The notes under the pieces were generated by a model. That model was not told where the DNA came from and did not search any database. It worked only from the letters and a program-made list of their open reading frames with translations. The position numbers and the translations under genes are program-made. Below, piece by piece: positions 21,870 to 31,879 of a stretch of 64,000 bases of DNA. Origin of the DNA: Emcibacteraceae bacterium (GTDB taxonomy: Bacteria; Pseudomonadota; Alphaproteobacteria; Sphingomonadales; Emcibacteraceae); NCBI GenBank assembly GCA_016744185.1, contig JADGEY010000003.1, positions 169-64,168 of the forward strand, written 5' to 3'. Within the stretch, counting starts at the first letter, position 1; the number at the start of each line of letters is the position of its first letter.

Positions 21870-22964
21870 ATGAAATTATTTAAATTTTTTATCGTTCTTC
21901 TACTTTTTACAAGCCCTGTTTTGGCTGATGATCTTAAATTAAAGTATATTGGTGAAGAAATTATTCCTTGGAATAAAAAATTTGAGGGTACAATTATTGG
22001 TGGGCTTTCTGGAATTGATTATGATGCTAAAAATGACCGATTTGTCGTTATTAGTGACGACCGATCGCAAAAAGGTAAAGCTCGTTTTTATGAGATCACT
22101 TTTGATTATGACCTTAAATCCATTGGAAATATCCAGTTTAAAAAGACTCATTTTTTAAAAAATGCTCAAAATGAGGTTTTTAAAAAACCAAACCTACTGG
22201 GCAGGACAACGGTTGATCCTGAATCTATTCGGCTTGCGAAGGGCGGTAAAAGTTATTTTTGGTCAAGCGAAGGAGATGTTAAGGCAGGTCTAAACCCAGA
22301 AATTTTTCAAATGAATCTTAAGGGTGATTTCAGAGCAAATTTCAAAGTTCCAAAGCATTTCTTAGTCTCAAAAGACAAAAAAACAGGCATTAGAAATAAC
22401 GCCGCTTTTGAGGCAATGACATTGGATGCAGAGGGTAAAAACCTCCTTGTGATGACGGAAGGCCCTCTTTTTCAAGATGGCATGGAAGCGACCGCTGAAC
22501 ATGGTGCAAGCGTTCGTATAAGTCGCTATGATATTAATTCTAAGAAAATGATCGCTGAATACCGTTATAAAATTGACCCTGTCCATAAAAAAACACTTTC
22601 GATTGACCTGTTTTCTGTTAATGGTGCTGTTGAGATTCTAAACATCACAGGAAGCCGTTATTTGGTTATGGAGAGGTCTTTTGCAGCAGGGTGGGGGCTT
22701 GATGTCAGACTATATGAGATTGACTTAAAAGATATTAAAAACAACCGAGTACCTGTCCCCAAAAAACTAATTGCAAATTTGGCAGATTTTGGAATTATGG
22801 TGGATAATGTTGAGGGAATGAGCTTTGGCAAAAATTTAGCAGATGGGCGCAAAAGCCTTATTCTTATTTCAGATAATAATTTTAGAGGTAGTCAAAAAAC
22901 TCAGTTTTTGCTTTTTGCTGTTTCTTCTTCTTCTTCTTCTTCTGTTTCTTCGGGGCTTGAATGA
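21870..22964 (+). CDS. secreted esterase-like (phytase-like, PF13449-type) protein
   Basis: Signal peptide MKLFKFFIVLLLFTSPVLADD. GLSGIDYD...DRFVVISDD and LILISDNNF patterns recall the esterase-like activity of phytase family. The C-terminal poly-Ser tail is encoded by the (TTC)7 tract. Confidence 0.5.
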   Translation: MKLFKFFIVLLLFTSPVLADDLKLKYIGEEIIPWNKKFEGTIIGGLSGIDYDAKNDRFVVISDDRSQKGKARFYEITFDYDLKSIGNIQFKKTHFLKNAQNEVFKKPNLLGRTTVDPESIRLAKGGKSYFWSSEGDVKAGLNPEIFQMNLKGDFRANFKVPKHFLVSKDKKTGIRNNAAFEAMTLDAEGKNLLVMTEGPLFQDGMEATAEHGASVRISRYDINSKKMIAEYRYKIDPVHKKTLSIDLFSVNGAVEILNITGSRYLVMERSFAAGWGLDVRLYEIDLKDIKNNRVPVPKKLIANLADFGIMVDNVEGMSFGKNLADGRKSLILISDNNFRGSQKTQFLLFAVSSSSSSSVSSGLE

Positions 22965-23809
22965 TATCCAGCCTCGCAATAATGATAAAAATGTGAGGTG
23001 ATGGCAGCAATCATAGCAATGGGCAGCATGATGAGAGGGGCGGTTATAAATATTGCGATATAGCCCGCAGATAGCCCTTTTACTGTATTAAAAAAAATAC
23101 CGAAATTTAAGTGGTGGTCTGCTAATAAATACACCCCGTAGAGTATTAAGAGGATGGGAAGAGTGGTAAGAAGATGAGCGGCAAACATTAAAATGCCTTT
23201 ATCTTTGGTAAGCTGCCAGCTTTTAACAAACCCTGTATCACAGCCAACGGCGCGCCCTGAAAAGGCGAGGCTGAAACGAATAAGAAAATAAATTACAAAA
23301 ATAATAATGCAAAAAATAACAGCAGGGTAGGGAGTTTTTCCTGTCTCTAAATAATATTCCGCTGCCTTAACAAGCCCCATATGCCCTGCATGTCCAAAAA
23401 CAAAGTAAGCGGTAAAAAGAAAAACCATAGTGATGATTAACGCCATACCGAGAAGAATGAGACTATAGGTAATCATAGAAGAAGACCGTAAAAATATCTG
23501 CCAAAGTTTTTTATCTGAAAAATTAATAGAGCCTTTTAAATAAAGCCTATGCCATAAAACCCCGCAAGGGATAATCCATATAAAACTGCTAAAGATAAAA
23601 ATAAGAGCTGCGAGAATATAATTTTCAGGAAGGGCATTTAAAGAAGATGAAATCTTAAAATAGGGACGGAACACGCCTAAAATTCCAAAAAAACAAAAAG
23701 GGGCTAGGGCTAAAAAAGAAAGCAGGCAATGTATAGACCAGCTTTTACCCAGAGCCTTATAAGAATTAAATATCGCATTTCGAAAGCAGTTTAAAGTCGG
23801 TTTGCTCAT
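22901..23809 (-). CDS. hypothetical multi-pass membrane protein (paralog of the next gene) with acidic C-terminal tail
   Basis: 302 aa with 6-7 TM helices. Shares NSYK, RLYxxG and F(V/K)xSWxxT(K/T) blocks with the 23811-24620 product. Tail is SPEETEEEEEEETAKSKN. Confidence 0.55.
   Translation of the reverse strand: MSKPTLNCFRNAIFNSYKALGKSWSIHCLLSFLALAPFCFFGILGVFRPYFKISSSLNALPENYILAALIFIFSSFIWIIPCGVLWHRLYLKGSINFSDKKLWQIFLRSSSMITYSLILLGMALIITMVFLFTAYFVFGHAGHMGLVKAAEYYLETGKTPYPAVIFCIIIFVIYFLIRFSLAFSGRAVGCDTGFVKSWQLTKDKGILMFAAHLLTTLPILLILYGVYLLADHHLNFGIFFNTVKGLSAGYIAIFITAPLIMLPIAMIAAITSHFYHYCEAGYHSSPEETEEEEEEETAKSKN
22922..22942. repeat. (TTC)7 trinucleotide repeat inside the overlap of two convergent ORFs
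   Basis: Seven perfect TTC units. They read as poly-Ser on the + strand and poly-Glu on the - strand. Confidence 0.95.
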
Positions 23810-23810
23810 T

Positions 23811-24620
23811 TTATGATTTTAGCTCATTTATAAAATTTTTGGAAATTTCTTTATAAATCAGACTTCCTGCAGAGCAGCCGAGGCTTATGCTAAATGTCAT
23901 AATTGGTATCATTAAAATGCTAATCGTAAAATCTTGATCAGGGAAGGAATTAGAAATCAGAATTTTAGTTATGATTGTAATGATGTAAGGTATTATCATT
24001 GTAAAAAAATAGATGGTCATTATAGACCTGATATGTCCTGTCGTGTAATACCATGAGTCTTTAAATGTAATAATTTTTCCCCCCCTAGCGATACTTATAA
24101 ATGTCAAATTAAGCTTGCAAGAAATAAGGACAAAAAGGATAATTCCACCAAGAAAAACGAATATCATTAATAAATCTTTTAAGCTCTCTGATCCTAGGCT
24201 TGCAGTGATAATACTAACTATTATTATCATGAGTACGATAGCGGTAATCTCTGCGAGGATTAAAACTAAGAAAAATAGAATATAATAGGCGCTAGACCAC
24301 CCTAGGATTTTAAAAGTTTCTTCAAAAGAAAGTTCTAGGAAATTTTGCCTGCCAAGGGAATAAAGGCGAAAGAGGAATATGGTAAATAACATGATCAAGA
24401 ACATGATAGAAGAGAGCGATAGAAAAACAGCTATCCCTGCACCTTCGATTATTTGGTTTGTCTCTGGATCTGTTAATTCACCCGTTGTTAGCCCAGATGT
24501 ATGACCAATGAACATAAGAGGAAGAATGAAGATATAGGAGAGAAAGGCATGGGTTTCAAAATGTTTAAAAACCAGTTTATAGGAATTTTGTGTAATTGAA
24601 ATAATATCTAATTTTTTCAT
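23811..24620 (-). CDS. hypothetical multi-pass membrane protein (tandem paralog)
   Basis: 269 aa with 6-7 TM helices. Conserved blocks shared with the 22901-23809 product. Only 1 nt separates the two genes. Confidence 0.55.
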   Translation of the reverse strand: MKKLDIISITQNSYKLVFKHFETHAFLSYIFILPLMFIGHTSGLTTGELTDPETNQIIEGAGIAVFLSLSSIMFLIMLFTIFLFRLYSLGRQNFLELSFEETFKILGWSSAYYILFFLVLILAEITAIVLMIIIVSIITASLGSESLKDLLMIFVFLGGIILFVLISCKLNLTFISIARGGKIITFKDSWYYTTGHIRSIMTIYFFTMIIPYIITIITKILISNSFPDQDFTISILMIPIMTFSISLGCSAGSLIYKEISKNFINELKS

Positions 24621-24629
24621 GGATTTTTT

Positions 24630-25112
24630 CTACTGGTTGGAATATTTTTTAAAATGCTTGCTAAGAGTTTGGTAAAGGTCACGTTTAAATGGAACGATTA
24701 AATCTGCTAGGTCTTTCATCTCAGCCCATTTCCATTCAGAAAATTCGGCATTTTTAGTGAAGATATTAATCTCATTATCACCCCCCATAAGCCGCAGGGC
24801 AAACCATTTCATTTTCTGACCTCGGTATTTTCCGCCCCAGATTTTCCCCATCAGCTCATCTGGTAAATCATAAGAAATCCAATCTGGATATTCTTCTAAT
24901 ATTTCAGCATTTTTAACTGATGTTTCTTCGAATAATTCACGCAGCGCACCGTCTCTTGGACTTTCACCTTTATCAATGCCGCCTTGGGGCATTTGCCATG
25001 CATCATAATCGCTATCATTGCGTTTGGCAACAAAGACCTTCCCTGCGTCATTCAACAGCATAATGCCTGCGCAGGGGCGGTAGGGGAGCTGATCTTTTAA
25101 AAGAGCTGTCAT
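24630..25112 (-). CDS. rppH: RNA pyrophosphohydrolase (NUDIX)
   Basis: Nudix box GGIDKGESPRDGALRELFEETSV. RppH-type N-terminus LPYRPCAGIMLLN. Confidence 0.88.
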   Translation of the reverse strand: MTALLKDQLPYRPCAGIMLLNDAGKVFVAKRNDSDYDAWQMPQGGIDKGESPRDGALRELFEETSVKNAEILEEYPDWISYDLPDELMGKIWGGKYRGQKMKWFALRLMGGDNEINIFTKNAEFSEWKWAEMKDLADLIVPFKRDLYQTLSKHFKKYSNQ

Positions 25113-25124
25113 ATAATAATGAGC

Positions 25125-26378
25125 CTACTTAACAATTTGGCGGTTGATGATAGCTGTAACAGGAACAAGCTGAAAGCCTTTTTCTTTAAGGGAGGTTGCC
25201 CATTGATTAACTATTTTAATGCTTAGGGGATATGTATTCATAATGCCAACAGATGCGCCATAAGTACGGGCTGAATTTTCAAGAGCCTTTAATTGTTTGA
25301 GAATATGAGCCTCATTGACCTCATTATCAATATATCTTGTATTGCTCACGCGGGGCATACCAATTTTTCTCGCTTCCTTAGCCAGCAGACTATAACGTGA
25401 TGTTCGTCCATCCAAAATCATTAATCCTCTGTCATGTAAATCACTTATGATCGGCTCAACCGCTTTACGGCTTGCGGTAAATTTTGACCCCATATCATTA
25501 ACCACACCAACATATCCTGTAAAGCGAGAGAGCAGCCATTCAAGGCGGCGAATATTATCACGGACGGTATAATCCGCCATTAAAGTATGAGGACCTGGAT
25601 CATTTGCAGGATAAGAAAGCGGCTCCATTGGCAGCATTAAAAAAACTTCATGCCCCTTCGTGCGTGCTTTTGCAACCCATTTTTGCGGCTCTTTTCCATA
25701 AGGAGAAATTGCAACAGAGATTTCAGGAGGAAGGTTTTTAACAGCGGCATTGCTCATATGCATATTAAGAGCAATCCCTTTAACTAATATGGCAATGCGA
25801 GGAAGCTTTGATGTATCTTTAAAAGGACGAGCATAATGTTTAAAAGCTTTCAGACCATCAGGACCAAGCACAGGTAAAGGGCCTATTTTACTAAATAAGA
25901 TAAGTGCGTCATTAGGAACGGGCGCAAGGGGCGTTCTTTTAATTTTTACTGCTTTAGAGATATTTAAAGCAGGTTTTTTTGTTACAACATGATCTTTTGT
26001 TTCAGGCTCTTCATCATCAATAGGCTCTTCGCTATCAATAGACTCTGTTCTTTTTGAGGCTAAATCTTCTTGATGAGATGCGGGGTCTTTTGCGGAGTTT
26101 TTATTTTTAACAGGATCATTATCATGGCTCTCTTCTGTCATTTGATCCGTGCTATGAAGATTAGAATCTTTTTTCGCAGCTAATAATTGTTCTTTTAAAG
26201 CTAATTTTTGCGCAATTTTATGGGCTTCATCTCCCATCATATTTGTCCAATAAACCACAGCGCCTATAGCGGCAATAATAAGAACCCAAGAAATAGTAAG
26301 GGGTCTAATTAATGATTTTTTACGAGAAATAGATTCTGATGATTTTTCTATTTTAGAGGTAAAATTAGAGAGAGCCAA
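25125..26378 (-). CDS. divergent polysaccharide deacetylase family protein (YibQ-like)
   Basis: N-terminal TM helix, low-complexity linker, and a C-terminal domain in the conserved gpmI-envC-ctpA-yibQ context (IAILVKGIAL..., LMLPMEP). Confidence 0.65.
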   Translation of the reverse strand: MALSNFTSKIEKSSESISRKKSLIRPLTISWVLIIAAIGAVVYWTNMMGDEAHKIAQKLALKEQLLAAKKDSNLHSTDQMTEESHDNDPVKNKNSAKDPASHQEDLASKRTESIDSEEPIDDEEPETKDHVVTKKPALNISKAVKIKRTPLAPVPNDALILFSKIGPLPVLGPDGLKAFKHYARPFKDTSKLPRIAILVKGIALNMHMSNAAVKNLPPEISVAISPYGKEPQKWVAKARTKGHEVFLMLPMEPLSYPANDPGPHTLMADYTVRDNIRRLEWLLSRFTGYVGVVNDMGSKFTASRKAVEPIISDLHDRGLMILDGRTSRYSLLAKEARKIGMPRVSNTRYIDNEVNEAHILKQLKALENSARTYGASVGIMNTYPLSIKIVNQWATSLKEKGFQLVPVTAIINRQIVK

Positions 26379-26442
26379 GGGATATTCCTAAATATGAAAA
26401 ACAAAATGAGCGTTAATATTATGAACGCTCATTTTAGCCACA

Positions 26443-27792
26443 TTATTGTTTTCTGGCAATAGCCATTCCACGCACCAAGTTAAGGGCGTAGTTTAATTGG
26501 TAGTCTGTTTGAGCTGTTGTGATAATAGGCGCAGGCTTTTTTACCTCTTCTTTAGAGCTTTTGTCTTTTTTAATGGTTTTTTTGCCTTTGATATTAGAAG
26601 CTTTCGCTTTTTTATCATTCGGGTTTTTTAAACTTCCCCGCAAGGTTGCTTCGCTGCGGCGGCGTGGTTTTATTTTTTGTGCATCGTTAAGGTTTAATTG
26701 TTCCACAATCACATCAGGCGTGATGCCCTTGCCTTGGATTGAATTTCCAGAAGGCGTAAAATAATATGCCGTTGTCAGGCGCATAGCAGCCTCTTGGTCT
26801 AACGGCATGACAGTCTGGACAGAGCCTTTACCAAATGATTTTGTTCCAACAATAACGCCTCTTCCATGATCTTGGATTGCGCCTGCAACAATTTCGGATG
26901 CAGATGCAGAACCGCCATTGATAAGAACCACAAGAGGTTTGCCGTTAATAGCGTCGCCCTTTGTTGCTGTTTCTCTTGTAATATGGTCATCATTACGGGT
27001 ACGGGTTGATACAATTTCTCCCCGCTCTAAAAATTGATCAGAGACATATATTGCTTGATTAAGAAGCCCGCCAGGATTCCTGCGAAGATCAAGAACAACG
27101 CCTTGTAAGTCTTTCCCTAAGTCTTTTTTGATAGCTCTAAGAGCTGCTTTTAGACCACTTTCCGTTTTTTCTGTAAAACCTGCAATACGAATAAGACCAA
27201 CGTTTCCCTCAGTGTGGTAAGACACTGATTTAACTTCGATAATCGCGCGGGTAATTGTCATCTCTAGCGGCTCTTTCGCACCCTTACGGTAGATGATAAG
27301 ATCAACCGATTCCCCAGCTTTTCCTGTCATTTTTGAAACCGCTTCATTAAGGGTAAGCCCCATAATTGTTTCATCATTAATGCGGGTAATATAATCCCCA
27401 GCCCGAATGCCCGCTTTAAAAGCAGGGGTGCCGTCCATGGGGGCAACAACTTTAACCACGCCATCTTCCATTGTGACGTTCATACCCAGTCCACCGTATT
27501 CCCCTTTGGTTTGGCTCTGCATTTTTTTGAAATTTTTCGCTGTCATAAAGCTTGAATGGGGATCAAGAGATGTCAACATTCCGTTAATAGCAGCTTCAAT
27601 GAGTTCTTCATCGCTGACCTCACGAACATATTGAGAACGGATTCTTTCAAAAACATCACCAAAAAGATTAAGCTGTTTGTAAGTATCAGAGCTTGCCGCT
27701 TGGCTAACAGGTGTAAAGCCACGTTCTATTAATACAATAGCAAAAAGTCCAATTGCACATAAAGTCGCTGCAATTATTTTTTTCATATTCAT
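26443..27792 (-). CDS. ctpA: carboxy-terminal processing protease (S41)
   Basis: PDZ domain plus S41 core (GGSASASEIVAGAIQDHGRGVIVGTKSFGKGSVQ). Signal peptide present. Confidence 0.9.
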   Translation of the reverse strand: MNMKKIIAATLCAIGLFAIVLIERGFTPVSQAASSDTYKQLNLFGDVFERIRSQYVREVSDEELIEAAINGMLTSLDPHSSFMTAKNFKKMQSQTKGEYGGLGMNVTMEDGVVKVVAPMDGTPAFKAGIRAGDYITRINDETIMGLTLNEAVSKMTGKAGESVDLIIYRKGAKEPLEMTITRAIIEVKSVSYHTEGNVGLIRIAGFTEKTESGLKAALRAIKKDLGKDLQGVVLDLRRNPGGLLNQAIYVSDQFLERGEIVSTRTRNDDHITRETATKGDAINGKPLVVLINGGSASASEIVAGAIQDHGRGVIVGTKSFGKGSVQTVMPLDQEAAMRLTTAYYFTPSGNSIQGKGITPDVIVEQLNLNDAQKIKPRRRSEATLRGSLKNPNDKKAKASNIKGKKTIKKDKSSKEEVKKPAPIITTAQTDYQLNYALNLVRGMAIARKQ

Positions 27793-27888
27793 TTTTATTA
27801 CTTTCCGTTCAACCGTTATTTTATTTGTATTATAGAGGGTTTTTAATAATATTCTTTATTCTTTTTTATTTCATTAAAATTCAATCAA

Positions 27889-29193
27889 TTAGCTCTTTTT
27901 TACCCATTTAATAGGGTTTATGGGCTGTCCTTTTTGTCTAAATTCCACATATAATCTTTGGCTTGAAGCTCCCGCGGCGATTTTTTTGGTGGTAAGCTCT
28001 TTTTTCATTAAGCCTACAGGCTCTCCTGCTGATATTTGCTGTCCAACGACAGTATTAATATGATCCATTCCTGCAAGTAATGTATGATATCCATCCCCAT
28101 GGTCAATGATTAATAATAGACCATAAGTTCGAAATTTACCAGCAAACATAACGCGCCCTGCATGAGGGGCAATAACGACTGCCCCTGCTCTAGTATTGAT
28201 GGTGATTCCTTTGGATTTTTGACCTTGAGGATTTACATAGCCAAATGAAACTTTAATATCCCCCCTTGCAGGCATTGGCATTTTTCCTTTTGCAGAATAG
28301 AATTTCTGGGCTCCTTGAGGAAGAGTAGAAAGAGTGGCTAATGTTTCTTTATTGGGTTTCCCTCTGGGCGTTTTCCCTTTGGTGAGAGCAAGCTTTTTTT
28401 GCACTAAGGTTCTTTTTTTACGGGCAATTTTTTCTTTTTCAATTTTCGTAATTAATTCTTTAATTGTTTCCGATTTTTGGGCAAATCTTTTGAGCTTCTG
28501 GCGTTCTTTTTTAGTAGCGATTATAATTGCTTTTTGTTGAAGGCGGCGGGTTTTAAGTATCGCATTAATTTCAGTTTCATTTTTAGTTAAGAGAATGAAT
28601 GATTTTTTTAACTCACTTTTTCGCTCTTTAATAAGATGTTTAAGCTGGTTAATCTGATTAACGTCTTTTTTAATATTTTCCGCTTTTTGTTTTAGCGAAG
28701 GCATGATTTTTTTTAGAAGAATATTGACCCGTAAATTATCGAGTGATTTTCCAGGTCTTATCGCGGCAAGATTAGCAGGCTGTCGACTAAGGCGCTGCAT
28801 TGCGGCGAGCGTTTTAGACATTTGCTTATAGCGTGTTTTTAAATTTTTGCGAAGAGCAGCAGATTTAAAATCAAGTTTTTGAAGAGATTTTTCTTGATGA
28901 GTAATTTTTTCTTCTGTGACCTGTATTTTCTGAGCAGAGGAAATAATTTTCTCTCGCAGCGCTGTTAGTTCTTTTTTAATTTCCCTTTCTGCAAGTTTAA
29001 GACGTTTTGCTTCGGTCTGTGATTTCTTTATTTGAGCTTTAAGTTCTTTAAGTCTATTTTTTTCTTGGTTACTCGTTTGGGCGTAAACTCCATTAGGCAG
29101 AATTAAAAAAACGAAAAGAATAAGAGCAAATCTTTTTAAAAGAAATTGCAACATATTTTCTAGTTGTTTCGGTTCTGTTTTTTTTATAACCAA
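27889..29193 (-). CDS. envC: murein hydrolase activator EnvC-like (coiled-coil plus M23/LytM domain)
   Basis: Long Lys/Glu-rich coiled-coil followed by an M23-like C-terminus (IDHGDGYHTLLAGMD...GEPVG). Synteny with gpmI. Confidence 0.8.
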   Translation of the reverse strand: MVIKKTEPKQLENMLQFLLKRFALILFVFLILPNGVYAQTSNQEKNRLKELKAQIKKSQTEAKRLKLAEREIKKELTALREKIISSAQKIQVTEEKITHQEKSLQKLDFKSAALRKNLKTRYKQMSKTLAAMQRLSRQPANLAAIRPGKSLDNLRVNILLKKIMPSLKQKAENIKKDVNQINQLKHLIKERKSELKKSFILLTKNETEINAILKTRRLQQKAIIIATKKERQKLKRFAQKSETIKELITKIEKEKIARKKRTLVQKKLALTKGKTPRGKPNKETLATLSTLPQGAQKFYSAKGKMPMPARGDIKVSFGYVNPQGQKSKGITINTRAGAVVIAPHAGRVMFAGKFRTYGLLLIIDHGDGYHTLLAGMDHINTVVGQQISAGEPVGLMKKELTTKKIAAGASSQRLYVEFRQKGQPINPIKWVKKS

Positions 29194-30818
29194 TTTTTAT
29201 ACTCTACTAAATTTTTATGCTCTACTAATGGTTTATTTTTTTCCATTATTTGTATCAGATTTTTTCCCGTCATGGCAGAAGGTTTTTCTTGCCCCATTAA
29301 ATAAAGCAAAGAAGGGGCTATATCACAAAGCGCACCGTCCTTTAAAAAAAGACCATATCCCTCAGGAAAATCTTTGCAGGCAGCCTCGCCGCCGACTAAA
29401 ATAAGCGGCACTAGATTCGTTGTATGAGCCGTATGAACGCCGCCTGTTCGCTCATCAACCATTGTTTCAATATTACCGTGATCTGCGGTAATCAGCATCG
29501 TGCCGCCCGCCTTTATAATTGCTTCTTGCAGCTGCGCTAAAGAATGATCTATGGTTTCGACAGCTTTAACCGCCGCGCTTAAAACCCCCGTATGCCCAAC
29601 CATATCTGGGTTTGCAAAATTAACGATAATCAGATCAAATTTTAAAGATTTAATCGCCTCAGTTAGTTTTAGGGTGACTTCTGGTGCAGACATTTCAGGT
29701 TTTAGGTCATATGTTTTAACATCAGATGAAGGGATTAGGATCCTCTCTTCTCCTTCAAAAACCTCTTCTATGCCGCCATTAAAAAAGAAGGTGACATGAG
29801 CATATTTCTCGGTTTCTGAAATCCGCAGCTGTTTCAGCCCCCTTTGCGAAACCACGGCTCCTAAAGTATCTTCGATTACGGGAGCGGCAAATAAAACGTC
29901 AAAATATTGATTAAGCTGAACAGAAAAAGGAACCATGCCAAGGCAGGATGCAAAATTAACAGCCCGTTTTCTTGCAAAGCCGTCAAAGTCGGGGTCGGCA
30001 AAAGCAAGCAGTATTTCACGGGCGCGGTCAGACCTAAAATTTGCCATGATTAGCCCGTCGCCGTCTTTCATTCCCTCATAATCCGAGAGGGCGTAAGCTG
30101 AGGTAAATTCGTCTTTTTCTCCTGCGCTGTAGGAATGTTCAAGAGCCTCTATACCGCCGCTCATTTTAATGCCTTTTGCATCAAGCATTAAATCATAGGC
30201 TTTTGCGACCCGATCCCATCTATTATCACGGTCAAGGGCAAAATAACGCCCAATGAGGGTCACAAGAGAGGTGTTTTTTAATTCTTTTAAAGAGCCTTGC
30301 ATCATTTCAATAAAAAATTCAGCCGATTTTGGTGGTACATCACGCCCATCAAGAAAGCCATGCACGGCAACTTTAATGCCTTCATCAGCGTAATTTTTAG
30401 CAAGAGCGACAATATGATCTTGGTGACTATGAACGCCGCCGGAAGATAAAAGTCCTAATATATGAGCCGTGCCGCCAGAAGCTTTAAGAGCCGCCACAGA
30501 TTTTTTAAATTCAGGGACATTTACGACCTGATCCTCTGCAAAAGCTTTATCAATGCGGGGCAGATTTTGCAAAATAACCCGTCCGCCGCCAATATTCATA
30601 TGCCCGACTTCTGAATTGCCCATTTGCCCATCGGGAAGCCCCACATCTTTACCCGAAGTGCGAAGAGTAGCGGTAGGACAGCCTTTAATCATAGCATCAT
30701 AATGAGGCGTTTTTGCCATCGCAATCGCATTATTCAGCACTTCATTTCGAATGCCCCAGCCATCAAGAATACAAAGCAAAACAGGTTTTGTGGGCTTAAT
30801 TTCAATATTTTGTGTCAT
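29184..30818 (-). CDS. gpmI: 2,3-bisphosphoglycerate-independent phosphoglycerate mutase
   Basis: LCILDGWG, NSEVGHMNIGGGR and TADHGN motifs. 544 aa. Confidence 0.93.
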   Translation of the reverse strand: MTQNIEIKPTKPVLLCILDGWGIRNEVLNNAIAMAKTPHYDAMIKGCPTATLRTSGKDVGLPDGQMGNSEVGHMNIGGGRVILQNLPRIDKAFAEDQVVNVPEFKKSVAALKASGGTAHILGLLSSGGVHSHQDHIVALAKNYADEGIKVAVHGFLDGRDVPPKSAEFFIEMMQGSLKELKNTSLVTLIGRYFALDRDNRWDRVAKAYDLMLDAKGIKMSGGIEALEHSYSAGEKDEFTSAYALSDYEGMKDGDGLIMANFRSDRAREILLAFADPDFDGFARKRAVNFASCLGMVPFSVQLNQYFDVLFAAPVIEDTLGAVVSQRGLKQLRISETEKYAHVTFFFNGGIEEVFEGEERILIPSSDVKTYDLKPEMSAPEVTLKLTEAIKSLKFDLIIVNFANPDMVGHTGVLSAAVKAVETIDHSLAQLQEAIIKAGGTMLITADHGNIETMVDERTGGVHTAHTTNLVPLILVGGEAACKDFPEGYGLFLKDGALCDIAPSLLYLMGQEKPSAMTGKNLIQIMEKNKPLVEHKNLVEYKNWL

Positions 30819-30918
30819 CTTTAGAACGTCCAGTTTGAGGCTATTTTTTCCAGTTTACGGCTATTTTTTAGAAGCTGTCATTGCATCATATCATATTTTA
30901 ATCTCATAAAAAATCTAG

Positions 30919-31377
30919 TTAATCTTTATGATATGGGTGGTTTGATAAAATGGCAGAAGCACGGTAAATCTGCTCACACAGCATTGCCCGAACCATCATG
31001 TGAGGCCAAGTCATCTTGCCAAAAGAGATGAGCATATCGGCTCTTTTTTTAACAGAAATATCATAGCCCTCTGCGCCGCCAATAATAAAGGTGAGGGTTT
31101 TGACACCATTATCTGCAATATTTCCAAGTTTTTTAGAAAATTCGGTAGAACGCAGGTCTTTCCCTCTTTCATCCATCACGATAACATACGAGCCTTCTGG
31201 AATGGCTTTCAGAAGAAGAGCCGCTTCTTTTGCCATACGCTCAGACCCTTTAAGAGGGCGGCGTTCTTCCACTTCGGTAATTTTAACAGACCAAGGGCAT
31301 CTTTTTGAATAGGTTTCAATAAGTTCCAGCTCTGGACTGTTTTTAAGTTTCCCCACGGCGATAATGACAATTTGCAC
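30919..31377 (-). CDS. rlmH: 23S rRNA (pseudouridine1915-N3)-methyltransferase
   Basis: SPOUT fold signature (FIIGGAEGY...SFGKMTWPH). 152 aa. Follows rsfS. Confidence 0.9.
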   Translation of the reverse strand: MQIVIIAVGKLKNSPELELIETYSKRCPWSVKITEVEERRPLKGSERMAKEAALLLKAIPEGSYVIVMDERGKDLRSTEFSKKLGNIADNGVKTLTFIIGGAEGYDISVKKRADMLISFGKMTWPHMMVRAMLCEQIYRASAILSNHPYHKD

Positions 31378-31380
31378 AGG

Positions 31381-31854
31381 TTATTCTTCAGATAAATGTT
31401 TAAAGTCTTCTTCGCTCTGGGCAATAGGCTCTGCATTAATTGCGTCGGGGCTATCAGCGATAGACTGGGCGTTAGGAAGTTCTTTATTTTCGGGACGAAA
31501 ATGAGCTTGCCACATTTTTTCCAGATTATAGAAACTACGCACTTCTGGACGAAAAACATGGACAATGACGTCGATCGCATCGACAAGAACCCAGTCATTT
31601 GTTTTTTGACCTTCTAAATGACAATTTTCATAGCCATTTTGTTTTAGGGCGCGGTACAGAGTATCTGCAATTGCAGAAACCTGTCTTGATGAACGCCCTG
31701 AACAGATAATCATCGAATCAGCGATTCCTGATTTACCCTTTAGATCAATGGTAATGATGTCTTCTGCTTTACTATCCTCGATTGAATTAATGACTATTTC
31801 AAGGAGCTTTGCTGAAGGATTATTTCCTTTAGCGACTTTTTTAGTGTTTGGCAC
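31381..31854 (-). CDS. rsfS: ribosome silencing factor
   Basis: DWVLVDAIDVIVHVFRPEVRSFYNLEKMW signature. Has a C-terminal extension of about 40 aa. Confidence 0.88.
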   Translation of the reverse strand: MPNTKKVAKGNNPSAKLLEIVINSIEDSKAEDIITIDLKGKSGIADSMIICSGRSSRQVSAIADTLYRALKQNGYENCHLEGQKTNDWVLVDAIDVIVHVFRPEVRSFYNLEKMWQAHFRPENKELPNAQSIADSPDAINAEPIAQSEEDFKHLSEE

Positions 31855-31879
31855 TTGTTTTTATGTAACCTCTTGGTAT

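Noticed and set aside
31209-31598. 129-aa ORF bridging rlmH and rsfS in another frame; also the + strand ORFs at 31000-31312
   Set aside because: They overlap two conserved genes and have no independent signals.
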